64,000 nt of DNA from Myxococcota bacterium (GCA_041687695.1 JAWLBL010000016.1:72722-136721); one strand, 5' to 3'; numbered from the stretch's first letter, positions 1 to 8,931 are shown. A program made the numbers and translations. Notes: generated by a model not told the origin, from the sequence alone.

Positions 1-161
1 CACGGAGCCCCGGCCAGGTCCGGGGCTTCGTCGTCTCGCGGCTCCGCGACGGCGCCAGATGTCACGGAGCCCCGGCCAGGTCCGGGGCTTCGTCGTCTCG
101 CGGCTCCGCGACGGCGCCAGATGTCACGGAGCCCCGGCCAGGTCCGGGGCTTCGTCGTCTC
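1..161. repeat. 62-bp tandem palindromic repeat (about 2.6 copies visible, cut by window edge); REP/BIME- or terminator-like
   Basis: The unit CACGGAGCCCCGGCCAGGTCCGGGGCTTCGTCGTCTCGCGGCTCCGCGACGGCGCCAGATGT occurs at 1 and 63, with a partial copy at 125. It contains the inverted repeat AGCCCCGG/CCGGGGCT. Confidence 0.9.
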
Positions 162-292
162 CAGGCCTGGGTCGTTCACCTCGCCGGCGTGGCTTGCCTC
201 GGATTGGGGCCTGCGCTACAAGCGCGATGCCGATCCTCGTCCTTGGCTCGGCGCCCCGACCACGGCTGAAGACAAACCCTCTGGAGGACCCG

Positions 293-1006
293 ATGAGCGC
301 CCTCGATCACGCGCTGTCCCGCCCGGTATCCGACGCGACCGTCAACGAGCGCCTCGCCTTCCTGCGCCGCGTCTACGGCTGGATGGCGGCGGGTCTGCTG
401 ACCACGGCCATCGGCGCGGCGATCTCCATCGAGTCGGGCCTGGCCTTCGCCTCGCTGCAGATGGGCTTCTTCGCCCACCTGCTCATCGTCCTCGCCTGGA
501 TGGGCGGCGCGAGCGTCGCCATGGGCCTGCGCCACCGCCCCGGCGTCAACGTCATCGCCTTCGCCGCCTACGCGCTCTTCACCGGCTTCGTCATCAGCGA
601 CGTCATCCTGGTCTCGATGCTGGTCGCCTCCAGCTCCGGCGCCTCCAGCCTGGTCTACGTGATGCAGGCCCTGGTGACGACGGTCGTGACCTTCACCGGC
701 CTCAGCGTCTACGCCATGACGACCAAGCGCGACTTCACCATGATCGGCGGCCTGCTCGTGGCCGGCGTGCTGGTGCTCGTCTGCGGCGGCATCGCCAACC
801 ACTTCATCGGCAGCAGCGGCTTCTCGCTCGTCCTGACCAGCCTGGGCGTGCTCGTCTTCTCGGCCTTCATCCTGTACGACACCCAGAAGATCGTCCGGAC
901 CTACCCGCTCGGCGAGCACGTCGCCGCGGCGATGGCGCTCTTCCTCAACTTCGTCCTGCTCTTCCTCTACCTGCTGCGCCTCATCCTGTCGCTCTCGCGC
1001 GACTGA
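293..1006 (+). CDS. Bax inhibitor-1/YccA family membrane protein
   Basis: GGAGG RBS before ATG 293; about 7 TM helices; motifs FLRRVYGWM, TTKRDFT, FILYDTQKI, AAMALFLNFVLLF. Confidence 0.9.
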   Translation: MSALDHALSRPVSDATVNERLAFLRRVYGWMAAGLLTTAIGAAISIESGLAFASLQMGFFAHLLIVLAWMGGASVAMGLRHRPGVNVIAFAAYALFTGFVISDVILVSMLVASSSGASSLVYVMQALVTTVVTFTGLSVYAMTTKRDFTMIGGLLVAGVLVLVCGGIANHFIGSSGFSLVLTSLGVLVFSAFILYDTQKIVRTYPLGEHVAAAMALFLNFVLLFLYLLRLILSLSRD

Positions 1007-2610
1007 AGGGTCGCCGCTGGCGCCGGCTCCTGCGGTGGCGCCGGCTCCTGCGGCGGCGCCGACAGCCACAGGCGCGCCTCGTCGAGCAGGCTGAAGGGCT
1101 GGCAGTACACGGGGTTGAGGGCGCAGCTCGCGACCCCGTGGGCGTCGTGCCGGACGAAGGGCATGTCCACGCGGGCGTGGGCGAAGGCGTCCATGATGAC
1201 GCCCTTGTCCGCGACCAGGTTGCTCGCGGCGAACAGCAGCCACAGCGCGACGTGAGCGGGGTTGAAGCGCGGCTGCAGCAGCCCGCGCGTCAGCCGGTCG
1301 AGCCCCGTACCCCAGCGGTCGAACTGGGGGCACAGGGCGTTGGCGATGGGGATGGGCGCGACCTTGGCCCAGAAGTCGGTCAGGCCCTGGGCCTCGAGGC
1401 CGAAGTCGAAGGCCAGCATGCCGAGGCCCACCGCGAGGCCGAACAGGACGCGGCCGGCGGCGGTGCGGGGCACGGTCGCCGGGTCGGTGATGAGCAGGAC
1501 CAGCACCAGCGTGACCGGCGCGTAGTGCGGGATGAAGGCCGGCAGATCGAAGCCCTGCGCGCCGTCGAGCACGAGGGCCGCCGAGAGCGTGGCCAGCACG
1601 ACCGGGACGCGCAGCTGCACGACGAGGCCGAGCAGGAGGATGAGCTCGGCCATGTTGGGGACGACGCCGAAGGCGTGGCTGTTGTCGCCCGTGCCCAGCT
1701 GCGGCAGGAAGGTGTTGACGACGCCCACGAGGGCCAGGCCGAAGGCCGACGGGTTGAAGATGTGCCGGCCGTCGCGGCGCAGGAAGGCCTTGGACAGCAG
1801 CGCCAGGGTGATGACGGCCAGGGACATGCCGACGCCGGCGAGCGAGAACTGGGCGAACAGGTTGGTGCTGAGGACGACCGGGAAGGGCGCGAAGCCGATG
1901 GCCCAGCGCTTGTGGACCGCGAAGCTCAGGACCATGTCCAGCACGATGGCGTAGGCCAGCTGCACCAGGATGGACAGGGCCTGGTCGGGCATGGCGGGCC
2001 AGTACAGGGCCCAGTAGGCGAAGATCGTGAGCTGGATGCCGGTGGGCAGGGCGTGGGTGAGCCGGAGCTGCAGGCTCATGGCGTGGCGGCGGCGGTAGAG
2101 CGCGACCGCGGCGAGCAGCGTCAGCAGGCCGGCGCCCGCGGCCCAGAACCATCGGTCACTCGCCGTCGGAGGAGGGGGCCGGTGGCCGACGACGATGTAG
2201 AAGTCGCCTTGGTCGTGGGCGGCGACGCTGTGGGCGGCGGCGTCGAGGACGCGCGCGGCCTCGGTGTCGGCGGCGCGGTGCACCGTGCGAGCGACGAAGT
2301 TGCGCGTGCGGACCTCGCCGGGCAGCCCGCTCTGGGCCGGGGCGAGCAGCAGGTACCCGACCGGCTGGCCCGACGGGGCCGCGAGCGTGTAGCGGACGGC
2401 CTGGGCCTCGATGGCGAGGCCGCTGAAGCGCAGGCCGCCGAGGGTCGGGGTCATCCAGCCGACCTCGGCGATGAGCTCGCGGGCGATGGCCTCGCGGCCC
2501 GGGGGGATGACCAGGCGTTGCGCGTGGGCGCTCGCCGCCATGGCGGCGTCGAGGGCCACGAGGGCCAGGGCGAGCAGACAGGCGGCGAGCGCGCGTCGGG
2601 CGGGGCTCAT
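967..2610 (-). CDS. RnfD/NqrB-like (UnbU-type) membrane protein with N-terminal exported domain, paralog 1
   Basis: ATG 2610 overlaps the upstream stop (ATGA); signal peptide ...ASAHA; motifs RHIFNPSAFGL and LLITDPATVP; multiple TM segments. Confidence 0.7.
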   Translation of the reverse strand: MSPARRALAACLLALALVALDAAMAASAHAQRLVIPPGREAIARELIAEVGWMTPTLGGLRFSGLAIEAQAVRYTLAAPSGQPVGYLLLAPAQSGLPGEVRTRNFVARTVHRAADTEAARVLDAAAHSVAAHDQGDFYIVVGHRPPPPTASDRWFWAAGAGLLTLLAAVALYRRRHAMSLQLRLTHALPTGIQLTIFAYWALYWPAMPDQALSILVQLAYAIVLDMVLSFAVHKRWAIGFAPFPVVLSTNLFAQFSLAGVGMSLAVITLALLSKAFLRRDGRHIFNPSAFGLALVGVVNTFLPQLGTGDNSHAFGVVPNMAELILLLGLVVQLRVPVVLATLSAALVLDGAQGFDLPAFIPHYAPVTLVLVLLITDPATVPRTAAGRVLFGLAVGLGMLAFDFGLEAQGLTDFWAKVAPIPIANALCPQFDRWGTGLDRLTRGLLQPRFNPAHVALWLLFAASNLVADKGVIMDAFAHARVDMPFVRHDAHGVASCALNPVYCQPFSLLDEARLWLSAPPQEPAPPQEPAPAATLQSRESDRMRRSR

Positions 2611-4202
2611 GGGGTGCCGGAGAGCCAGACGCGCGCCTCTTGCAGCAGGGTGAAGGGCTCGCAGTACAGCGGGTTGACGGCGCAGCTGGCGCGGCCGGCG
2701 GCGTCGAGCTGGACGAAGGGCATGGCCTCGCGCGCCTGCCAGAAGTGGTCGATGTAGTCGGCCTTGCCGTCGACGAGCAGGAACACGGCGAGGGCGACCC
2801 AGAGCGCGACGTGGACGCGGTTGAAGCGGGGTTGCAGCACGCCGAGCGTCACGCGGTCGAGGTGCTGGCCCAGGCGGTCGAACAGGGGGCTCAGGGCGTT
2901 GGCGACGGGGAGGATGGTGACCTTGGTCCAGAAGTCGGTCAGGTCGTGGACCTCGAACCAGAGGTCGAAGGCGGCCATCCCCAGGCCGACGAAGACGCCG
3001 AAGACGACGCGGCCCGGGTTGGTGCGGGGGAGGGTCGCCGGGTCGGTGATGAGCAGGACGAGGACCAGGGCGACCGGGGCGAAGATCGGCACGAAGGTGC
3101 GGACCTCGTAGTGCTCGAAGCCGACGAGGACCAGGGCGGCCGAGAGCGTGGCCAGCACGACCGGGACGCGCAGCTGCACGATGAGGCCGAGCAGGATGAT
3201 GAGCTCGGTCATGTTGGGGGTCGCGCCGAACTCGTGGCTGTAGTCGCCCGAGCCGAGGGCCGGGAAGAAGGTGTTGACCAGGCCGAACAGGGCGAGGCCG
3301 AAGGCGGAGGGGTTGAAGATGTGGCCGCCGCCCTTGCGGCGGAGCAGGGCCTTGCTGAGCAGGGCCAGGGTGATGATGACCAGGGAGAAGTGGACGCCGC
3401 CGAGCGAGAACTGGGCGAAGAGGTTGGTGCTGAGGACGACCGGGAAGGGGGCGAAGCCGATGGCCCAGCGCTTGTGGACGGCGAAGCTGAGGACCATGTC
3501 GAGGACGATGGCGTAGGCGAGCTGGACCAGGATGGACAGGGCCTGGTCGCCCATCGGGGGCCAGTAGAGGGACCAGTAGCCGAACAGGGTGAGCTGGATG
3601 CAGGCGGGCAGGGCGTGGGTGATGCGGACCTGCAGGTGCATCTGGTCGCGGCGGACGTACAGGGCGCGGGCGGCGGCAGCGGCGGCGAGGCAGGCGCCGA
3701 CGACCCAGAGCCACCAGGGGACCAGGGGCGGGCGGTCGGAGCCGGGGCGGAGCACGGCGCTGCCCAGGGCCACGTAGAAGCCGCCCTGGTCGCGGGCGAC
3801 GACGCTGGCGGCGGCGGCAGCGAGGGCGCGGTCGGCGTGGGGGTCGGCGGCGTCGCGGACGGTGCGGAGGACGAAGCTGGCGCTGGTGGGCTCGAAGGGG
3901 AGGGCGGTCGCGCGGGGGGCCAGGACCAGGGCGCCGACGGGGTGGCCGTCGGGGAGGCGGGCCAGGGTGTAGCGGACGGTGGTCTCGTCGAGGGCGATGC
4001 TGGTGAACTGGAGGCCGCCCTCGAGCGGGGTCATCCAGCCGACGTCGGCGATCAGGTCGCGGGCGACGCCCTCGCGGCCGGGGGGGATGACCTGGTCCTG
4101 GGCGCGAGCGACGGCGGGGGCGGCGAGGTCCGTGGCGAGCAGGGCCAGGGCCAGCAGCGCGACGAAGAGGGGGGAGCGGGGCCGGCGAGGGGCTGCAACC
4201 AT
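2607..4202 (-). CDS. RnfD/NqrB-like (UnbU-type) membrane protein with N-terminal exported domain, paralog 2
   Basis: Signal peptide ...AVARA; motifs HIFNPSAFGL and LLITDPATLP; long stretches identical to 967-2610. Confidence 0.7.
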   Translation of the reverse strand: MVAAPRRPRSPLFVALLALALLATDLAAPAVARAQDQVIPPGREGVARDLIADVGWMTPLEGGLQFTSIALDETTVRYTLARLPDGHPVGALVLAPRATALPFEPTSASFVLRTVRDAADPHADRALAAAAASVVARDQGGFYVALGSAVLRPGSDRPPLVPWWLWVVGACLAAAAAARALYVRRDQMHLQVRITHALPACIQLTLFGYWSLYWPPMGDQALSILVQLAYAIVLDMVLSFAVHKRWAIGFAPFPVVLSTNLFAQFSLGGVHFSLVIITLALLSKALLRRKGGGHIFNPSAFGLALFGLVNTFFPALGSGDYSHEFGATPNMTELIILLGLIVQLRVPVVLATLSAALVLVGFEHYEVRTFVPIFAPVALVLVLLITDPATLPRTNPGRVVFGVFVGLGMAAFDLWFEVHDLTDFWTKVTILPVANALSPLFDRLGQHLDRVTLGVLQPRFNRVHVALWVALAVFLLVDGKADYIDHFWQAREAMPFVQLDAAGRASCAVNPLYCEPFTLLQEARVWLSGTP

Positions 4203-4319
4203 GCGAACAGCATAGCGTTGGAGGGGGGAGGCTGTCACCGCGGGTTGCGGACGAGGGAGCCGGGCTCGTTGTCGAGGGGCGCGGACTTTGCGTATGCTGA
4301 CGTCGAGCAGGGGGGAGCG

Positions 4320-4631
4320 ATGGGCGAGCGCGGGCGACACGAGGACGAAGCGCGGGCCGTGCGGGCGGCGGCGCTGGAGGGTGAGGGTCACCTCGGGGCG
4401 GCGCAGCGGCAGGCGGCGGCGGCTGGCGAGGGGCTCGGCGGGGCCGCGGCGGTGTACGTGGACAAGATCCACCGTCACGCCCACCGGGTGACGGATGCGG
4501 ATGTGGCCGCGTTGAAGGGCGAGGGCTACACCGAGGACCAGATCTTCGAGCTGACCGTGGCGGCCGCGGTGGGGGCGGGGATGAGGCGGCTCGACGCCGG
4601 GCTGGCCGCGATCCGGGGAGGCAAGCGCTGA
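4320..4631 (+). CDS. Small CMD/AhpD-fold partner protein (no CxxC)
   Basis: C-terminal part of ORF 2640..4631; GGAG RBS before ATG 4320; VTDADVAALKGEGYTEDQIFELTVAAA is typical of the AhpD-like C-terminal half; TGATG overlap with the next gene. Confidence 0.75.
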   Translation: MGERGRHEDEARAVRAAALEGEGHLGAAQRQAAAAGEGLGGAAAVYVDKIHRHAHRVTDADVAALKGEGYTEDQIFELTVAAAVGAGMRRLDAGLAAIRGGKR

Positions 4632-5212
4632 TGCGACTGAGCGTGCTGGAGCGTGGGCACCGGCTGAAGGAGAAGCTCGTCCTGACGATGATCCGCGTCG
4701 TCTCGGGGGCGCCGCCGGTGGACGTGATCAAGGTGCTGATGTACCGGCCCGAGCGCTTCGGGCGGCCGTTTTCGGCCTGGATCCAGAGCTCGCTGCGCGG
4801 GCCGAGTGAATGGAGCGTCGGCGAGCGCGAGCTGTTCGCGGCGTTCGTGTCGCGGCTGAACGCGTGCCGGTTTTGAACGGCGGCGCACGGCGCGGTCGCG
4901 TCGTTGGAGCTGGGTGAGGACGTGACGAACGCGGTGCTGGACGACTGGCGGACCGCGCCGATCGACGAGCGGCTGCGGGCGACGCTGGGCTTTTTGGAGA
5001 AGCTGACGCTGGACCCCGACGGGCTGACGCCCGAGGACGCCGACGTGGCGCGGCGGGCCGGGGCGAGCGACGCGGCGCTCGAGGACGCGGTGCACGTCGC
5101 GGCGGCCTTCAACATAATCGACCGCGTCGCCGACGCGGTCGGCTTCGAGGTCGTCTCGCGCGAGCGGTTCTTCGCCGGCGCGCGGACGCTGCTGTCGCGG
5201 GGTTACCAATAG
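4631..5212 (+). CDS. AhpD/carboxymuconolactone decarboxylase-family peroxidase-like selenoprotein (CxxU, Sec82), 193 aa
   Basis: ORFs 4631..4876 and 4904..5212 share a frame. Reading through TGA 4874-4876 gives ERELFAAFVSRLNACRF-U-TAAHG, matching the AhpD E..S..N.CxxC...H motif. Confidence 0.85.
4877..4906 (+). promoter_or_regulatory. Putative bacterial SECIS element
   Basis: Stem ACGGCGC (4887-4893) / GCGTCGT (4898-4904), with one G-U pair and apical loop GGUC, 17 nt after the UGA. Confidence 0.7.
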
Positions 5213-5241
5213 GGGCGGCGCGCACCAGCGAGGCGTCGGGC

Positions 5242-6108
5242 GTGGCGCCCACGTCCACGCGGCGGGTGGTCGACCCGGCGGCGGCGGCGAAGGAGCGCTT
5301 CGACCGGCTGCACGGGGCGGAGCTGCTGGCGCAGGTGCCGACGTCGCCCGGGGTGTATCGCTGGTTGGCCGAGGACGGGTCGGTGCTGTACGTCGGCAAG
5401 GCCAAGAACCTGCGCCGGCGGCTGTCGCAGTATCGGGCGGCGCGGCGGACGAAGAAGGGCCGCAAGATGTGGCGCCTGGTGGGCCTCGCGGCGCGGGTCG
5501 AGTGGACGGCGCTGGGCAGCGAGCTGGAGGCGTGCCTCGAGGAGGTGCGACTCATCCAGGCGCTGCGGCCGCCGGAGAACGTCGCGTCGGCCTTCGAGTT
5601 CCTGTACCCGATGATCGGCGTGTCGCCGCGGGCGGCGCACGCGCGGCTGTGCCTGACGACGCTGCCCGACCGCTTCCCGGAGTACGCGATGCACGGCGCC
5701 TATCGGTCGCGCGAGACGACCGGGGCGGCCTTCTTCGCGCTGATGCGGCTGCTCGAGTTCGTGGCGCACACGCTGCCGCGGCGCGAGCTGGGCGAGGAGG
5801 CCGACGTCGAGCACTCGTACGTGTTCGGGTTCCGGCGGCTGGGCGCGGCCTGGGTCGCGCGGGTCGAGGCGTTCCTGCGGGGCGACGACCCGGGGCTGAT
5901 GGCCGAGCTGTCGCTGGCGCTCATCGAGCGGCCGAGCGCGCGCGCCCGCGCCGGCGACGTCCAGGCGGACCTGCGGCTGCTGCGTGACTTCTGGCGCGAC
6001 GAAGTGAGGCCCCTGCGCGAGGCCGTCACCACGGACGGCTTCGCCGTGTGGCCGGTGCCGCAGGCCGCGCGCGACCCGCTGTTCCTGAGGTTCCGGGCGA
6101 CCGGCTGA
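5242..6108 (+). CDS. GIY-YIG nuclease family protein (UvrC N-terminal/Cho-like)
   Basis: VPTSPGVYRW...VLYVGKAKNLRRRLSQY...SELEACLEEVRLI...PPEN. Confidence 0.85.
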   Translation: MAPTSTRRVVDPAAAAKERFDRLHGAELLAQVPTSPGVYRWLAEDGSVLYVGKAKNLRRRLSQYRAARRTKKGRKMWRLVGLAARVEWTALGSELEACLEEVRLIQALRPPENVASAFEFLYPMIGVSPRAAHARLCLTTLPDRFPEYAMHGAYRSRETTGAAFFALMRLLEFVAHTLPRRELGEEADVEHSYVFGFRRLGAAWVARVEAFLRGDDPGLMAELSLALIERPSARARAGDVQADLRLLRDFWRDEVRPLREAVTTDGFAVWPVPQAARDPLFLRFRATG

Positions 6109-6129
6109 TCCCAGCGATCGTCTTGTGGG

Positions 6130-6161
6130 TTGACCCTCACGCGACGTCAGGCCCTACCACT
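6130..6161 (+). promoter_or_regulatory. MerR/TipA-type promoter-operator
   Basis: -35 TTGACC, about 19-bp spacer overlapped by the dyad CCTCACG-CGA-CGTCAGG, then a weak -10 TACCAC(T); lies directly upstream of a TipA-like gene. Confidence 0.7.
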
Positions 6162-6180
6162 GCACCCAGGAGGTGAGGAG

Positions 6181-6951
6181 ATGGCGCTGACGGTCGGCCA
6201 GGTCGCGAAGCTCTCGGGGGTCAGCGTGCGCGCGCTGCATCACTACGAGGCCATCGGGCTGCTCGCGCCCTCGGCGCGCACCGTGGCGGGCTATCGGCTG
6301 TACGGAGACGCGGATCTGCAGCGCTTGCAGCAGATCCTGTTCTTCCGCGAGCTGGGGTTCTCGCTCGAGCAAATCGGCCGAACGCTGAGCGACCCGGGGT
6401 TCGACCTGCGGGCCGCCCTGACCCTGCAGCGTCAGCTCCTCGCCGAGAAGGAAGGACGCGTGCGAGCGCTGGTGGCCGCGGTGGACAAGGCGCTGGCGTC
6501 CCTCGACTCGGGAGTGACCATGAGCAAGGAAGAGATGTTCGAGGTGTTCGGGGACGTCGACCCGACCCAGCACGAGGACGAGGTGAAGGAGCGCTGGGGC
6601 GAGACCGACGCCTACCAGGAGTCGGCCCGGCGCACCAAGCAGTACCGCAAGGAGGACTGGCAGCGCATCAAGGCCGAGGGAGACGCCAACCTGCAGGCGT
6701 TCGCCGCGGCGCTCGACGCGGGCCGGGCGCCGGACCATCCGGCCGTGATGGCGCTGGCCGAGGAGGCCCGGCAGCACATCCACCGGTGGTTCTATCCGTG
6801 CTCGCCGGCGATGCATCGCGACCTGGCCGAGCTGTACGTCGCGGACCCGCGCTTCACGGCGACCTACGAGCAGGTGCGGCCGGGGCTGGCGCAGTTCGTG
6901 CGCGACGCCATCGTGGCCAACGCGGACCGGCAGGCCGGCCTCAAGGCCTGA
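6181..6951 (+). CDS. MerR family transcriptional regulator with TipAS antibiotic-recognition domain
   Basis: LTVGQVAKLSGVSVRALHHYEAIGLL HTH; EVKERWGETDAYQES and LYVADPRF TipAS motifs; internal Met (MSKEEMFEVF) as in TipAS. Confidence 0.92.
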   Translation: MALTVGQVAKLSGVSVRALHHYEAIGLLAPSARTVAGYRLYGDADLQRLQQILFFRELGFSLEQIGRTLSDPGFDLRAALTLQRQLLAEKEGRVRALVAAVDKALASLDSGVTMSKEEMFEVFGDVDPTQHEDEVKERWGETDAYQESARRTKQYRKEDWQRIKAEGDANLQAFAAALDAGRAPDHPAVMALAEEARQHIHRWFYPCSPAMHRDLAELYVADPRFTATYEQVRPGLAQFVRDAIVANADRQAGLKA

Positions 6952-7825
6952 GTCCCGGCCGGGCGAACAGCTCGCCCAGGAAGTCGAGCACGGCGCGGAC
7001 GCGCGCCGTCTCGGCGACGTCGCGGTGGACCACCTGCCAGATGGGGCGCGGGCGCGGGGCGCCGAGGGCCGGCAAGCGTACGAGCGCTGGTTCGCCCTCG
7101 GCCACCGCGACCGGCAGCAGGGCGACGCCCAGGCCGGCGATCGTCGCGGCCAGGAGCGTGCTGACGCTGGTGGTCCGCAGGGCGACGCGCGGCGTCTCGG
7201 ACTTCTCGTGCAGCCAGGCGCTCTCGGCCGTCGGGTACAGGGCCTCGGCGTAGTCCAGGGCGTCGACGCCATCGAGCGAGCGCAGCGTGTCCGGCGCGAG
7301 ACCTCGGGCCTCGAGGTAGCCGCGCGAGGCGTAGGCGCCGAAGTGGATCTCGGTCAGCTTGCGCGCGACGAGGGCCTCCTCCTTGGGCCGCGCGATGCGC
7401 AGCGCCACGTCGGCCTCGCCGCGCGCGAGATCCAGCGTGCGCATGGTGCACAGCAGCTCGAGGTCCAGCCCCGGGTGGCGGGTCCGGAGCGCCGGCAGCG
7501 CGGGCGCGATGAAGCGCGTGGCCACCGTCTCGATGGTGGTCAGGCGCACCACGCCCTCGACGGCGGCGGCCGCCCCGCGCGCCGCGCGGCCCAGGGCGGT
7601 CACCTCGGCCTCGAGGCGCTCGGCCGACGGCAGGACGCGCTGGCCGGCCTCGGACAGGCGCCAGCCGCCGGACGTGCGCACGAACAGCCTGGCCCCGAGC
7701 GCCTCTTCGAGCGCGGCGATGCGGCGGCCGACCGTGGTGGCGTCGACCCGTAGCCGGCGGCCCGCCTCGGACAGCGAGCCGCGGCGCTGCACGGCCAGGA
7801 AGTACCGAACGTCGTCCCAGTCCAC
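6941..7825 (-). CDS. LysR family transcriptional regulator
   Basis: MDWDDVRYFLAV..GSLSEAGRRLRVDATTVGRRIAALEEALGARLFVR; start GTG 7825 preferred over 7855. Confidence 0.92.
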   Translation of the reverse strand: MDWDDVRYFLAVQRRGSLSEAGRRLRVDATTVGRRIAALEEALGARLFVRTSGGWRLSEAGQRVLPSAERLEAEVTALGRAARGAAAAVEGVVRLTTIETVATRFIAPALPALRTRHPGLDLELLCTMRTLDLARGEADVALRIARPKEEALVARKLTEIHFGAYASRGYLEARGLAPDTLRSLDGVDALDYAEALYPTAESAWLHEKSETPRVALRTTSVSTLLAATIAGLGVALLPVAVAEGEPALVRLPALGAPRPRPIWQVVHRDVAETARVRAVLDFLGELFARPGLRP

Positions 7826-7849
7826 GAGCGCCCCCGGTCTGGTCAAGTG

Positions 7850-7863
7850 CTGCAAATTTGCAG
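7850..7863. promoter_or_regulatory. Palindromic operator, probable LysR binding site
   Basis: Perfect palindrome CTGCAAATTTGCAG in the divergent LysR/hydrolase intergenic region; a related CTGCAAATTCGC lies at about 7969. Confidence 0.55.
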
Positions 7864-7946
7864 GTTGGAACTGCGCAGCCGGGCATTTCAGCGACCCTGC
7901 GCGCGCGCCATTGTCCTAGCACGAACCGCCTACCAAGGAGAGCGCC

Positions 7947-8921
7947 ATGTTCGTCGTCGACGCCCTGCCTGCAAATTCGCCCCAGTCATCGCCCGCCTCG
8001 CGTCACCGCGTCATCGAGGTCCCTGCCCTCGACGGCGTGCCCCTGGGCGCGCGGGTCTACGAGCCCGATGCGGCCGACGGCGGCGCCGAAGCCGCACGCG
8101 CCGTGGTCGTCATCGCCAGCGCGACCAGCGTGCCGCAGCGCTACTACACGCGCTTCGCCGGCTTCCTGGCGCGCGCCGGCTTCCGGGTCGTGACCTTCGA
8201 CTACCGGGGCATCGCCGCCTCGCGCCGCCGCGGCTCGCTGCGCCGCGAGCGGGCCACGATGCAGGACTGGGGACGCCAGGACCTGGGCGGCGTGCTGGCC
8301 TGGGCCGAGCGGACGTGGCCCGGCCTCGAGCGGCTCCTGGTGGGCCACAGCTTCGGCGGGCAGGCGCTGGGCCTCACGCCGCACACGGCCAAGCTCTCGG
8401 GCGCCATGCTGGTCGGCGCGCAGCTGGGCTACTGGCGCCGCTGGCCGGCCTCCGAGCAGCTCAAGCTCGGCCTCGCCGTCCACGCGCTGATCCCGGGCTT
8501 CGCGACCGCGCTCGGCTACGTCCCCGGCTGGACGGGCCTGGGCGAGGACCTCCCCGGCGGCGTGGCCAGCGAGTGGGCGCGCTGGTGCCGGCACCCCGAG
8601 TACCTCATCGGCTACGTCCCCGAGGCGCGCGACCACTTCGCCTCGCTGCGCGGCCCCGTCCTCGCCTGGGGCTTCACCGACGACTGGTACGCCCCCATCC
8701 CGGCGGTCGACGCCCTGCTCGACCAGCTGCGCGGGGCCGACGTGCGCCGCGAGATCGTCGCGCCCCACCAGGTCGGCGCCAAGGCCGTCGGCCACTTCGG
8801 CTTCTTCCGGCCCGACCACCGCGACACCCTGTGGCGCGAGGCCGCCGAGTGGCTCCTCGACGTCGCGTCGCGGGCGACACGGCCCGCGGCCTCTGCTATC
8901 CACGTGGTCTCCCCCACCTAG
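7947..8921 (+). CDS. Alpha/beta fold hydrolase
   Basis: TFDYRGI; nucleophile motif GHSFGG; Asp in FTDDWYA; His in VGHFGFF. Confidence 0.88.
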   Translation: MFVVDALPANSPQSSPASRHRVIEVPALDGVPLGARVYEPDAADGGAEAARAVVVIASATSVPQRYYTRFAGFLARAGFRVVTFDYRGIAASRRRGSLRRERATMQDWGRQDLGGVLAWAERTWPGLERLLVGHSFGGQALGLTPHTAKLSGAMLVGAQLGYWRRWPASEQLKLGLAVHALIPGFATALGYVPGWTGLGEDLPGGVASEWARWCRHPEYLIGYVPEARDHFASLRGPVLAWGFTDDWYAPIPAVDALLDQLRGADVRREIVAPHQVGAKAVGHFGFFRPDHRDTLWREAAEWLLDVASRATRPAASAIHVVSPT

Positions 8922-8931
8922 GAGGCGCTCC

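Noticed and set aside
1..161. CRISPR interpretation of the 62-bp repeat
   Set aside because: The units are fully identical with no unique spacers.
967..4202. Rnf/Nqr respiratory complex operon
   Set aside because: Only D/B-like subunits are present; there are no RnfA/B/C/E/G or NqrA/C-F genes.
4631..5212. Two separate small genes or a nonsense pseudogene
   Set aside because: Same frame, the TGA falls on the redox Cys position, a SECIS-like hairpin follows, and there are no other lesions.
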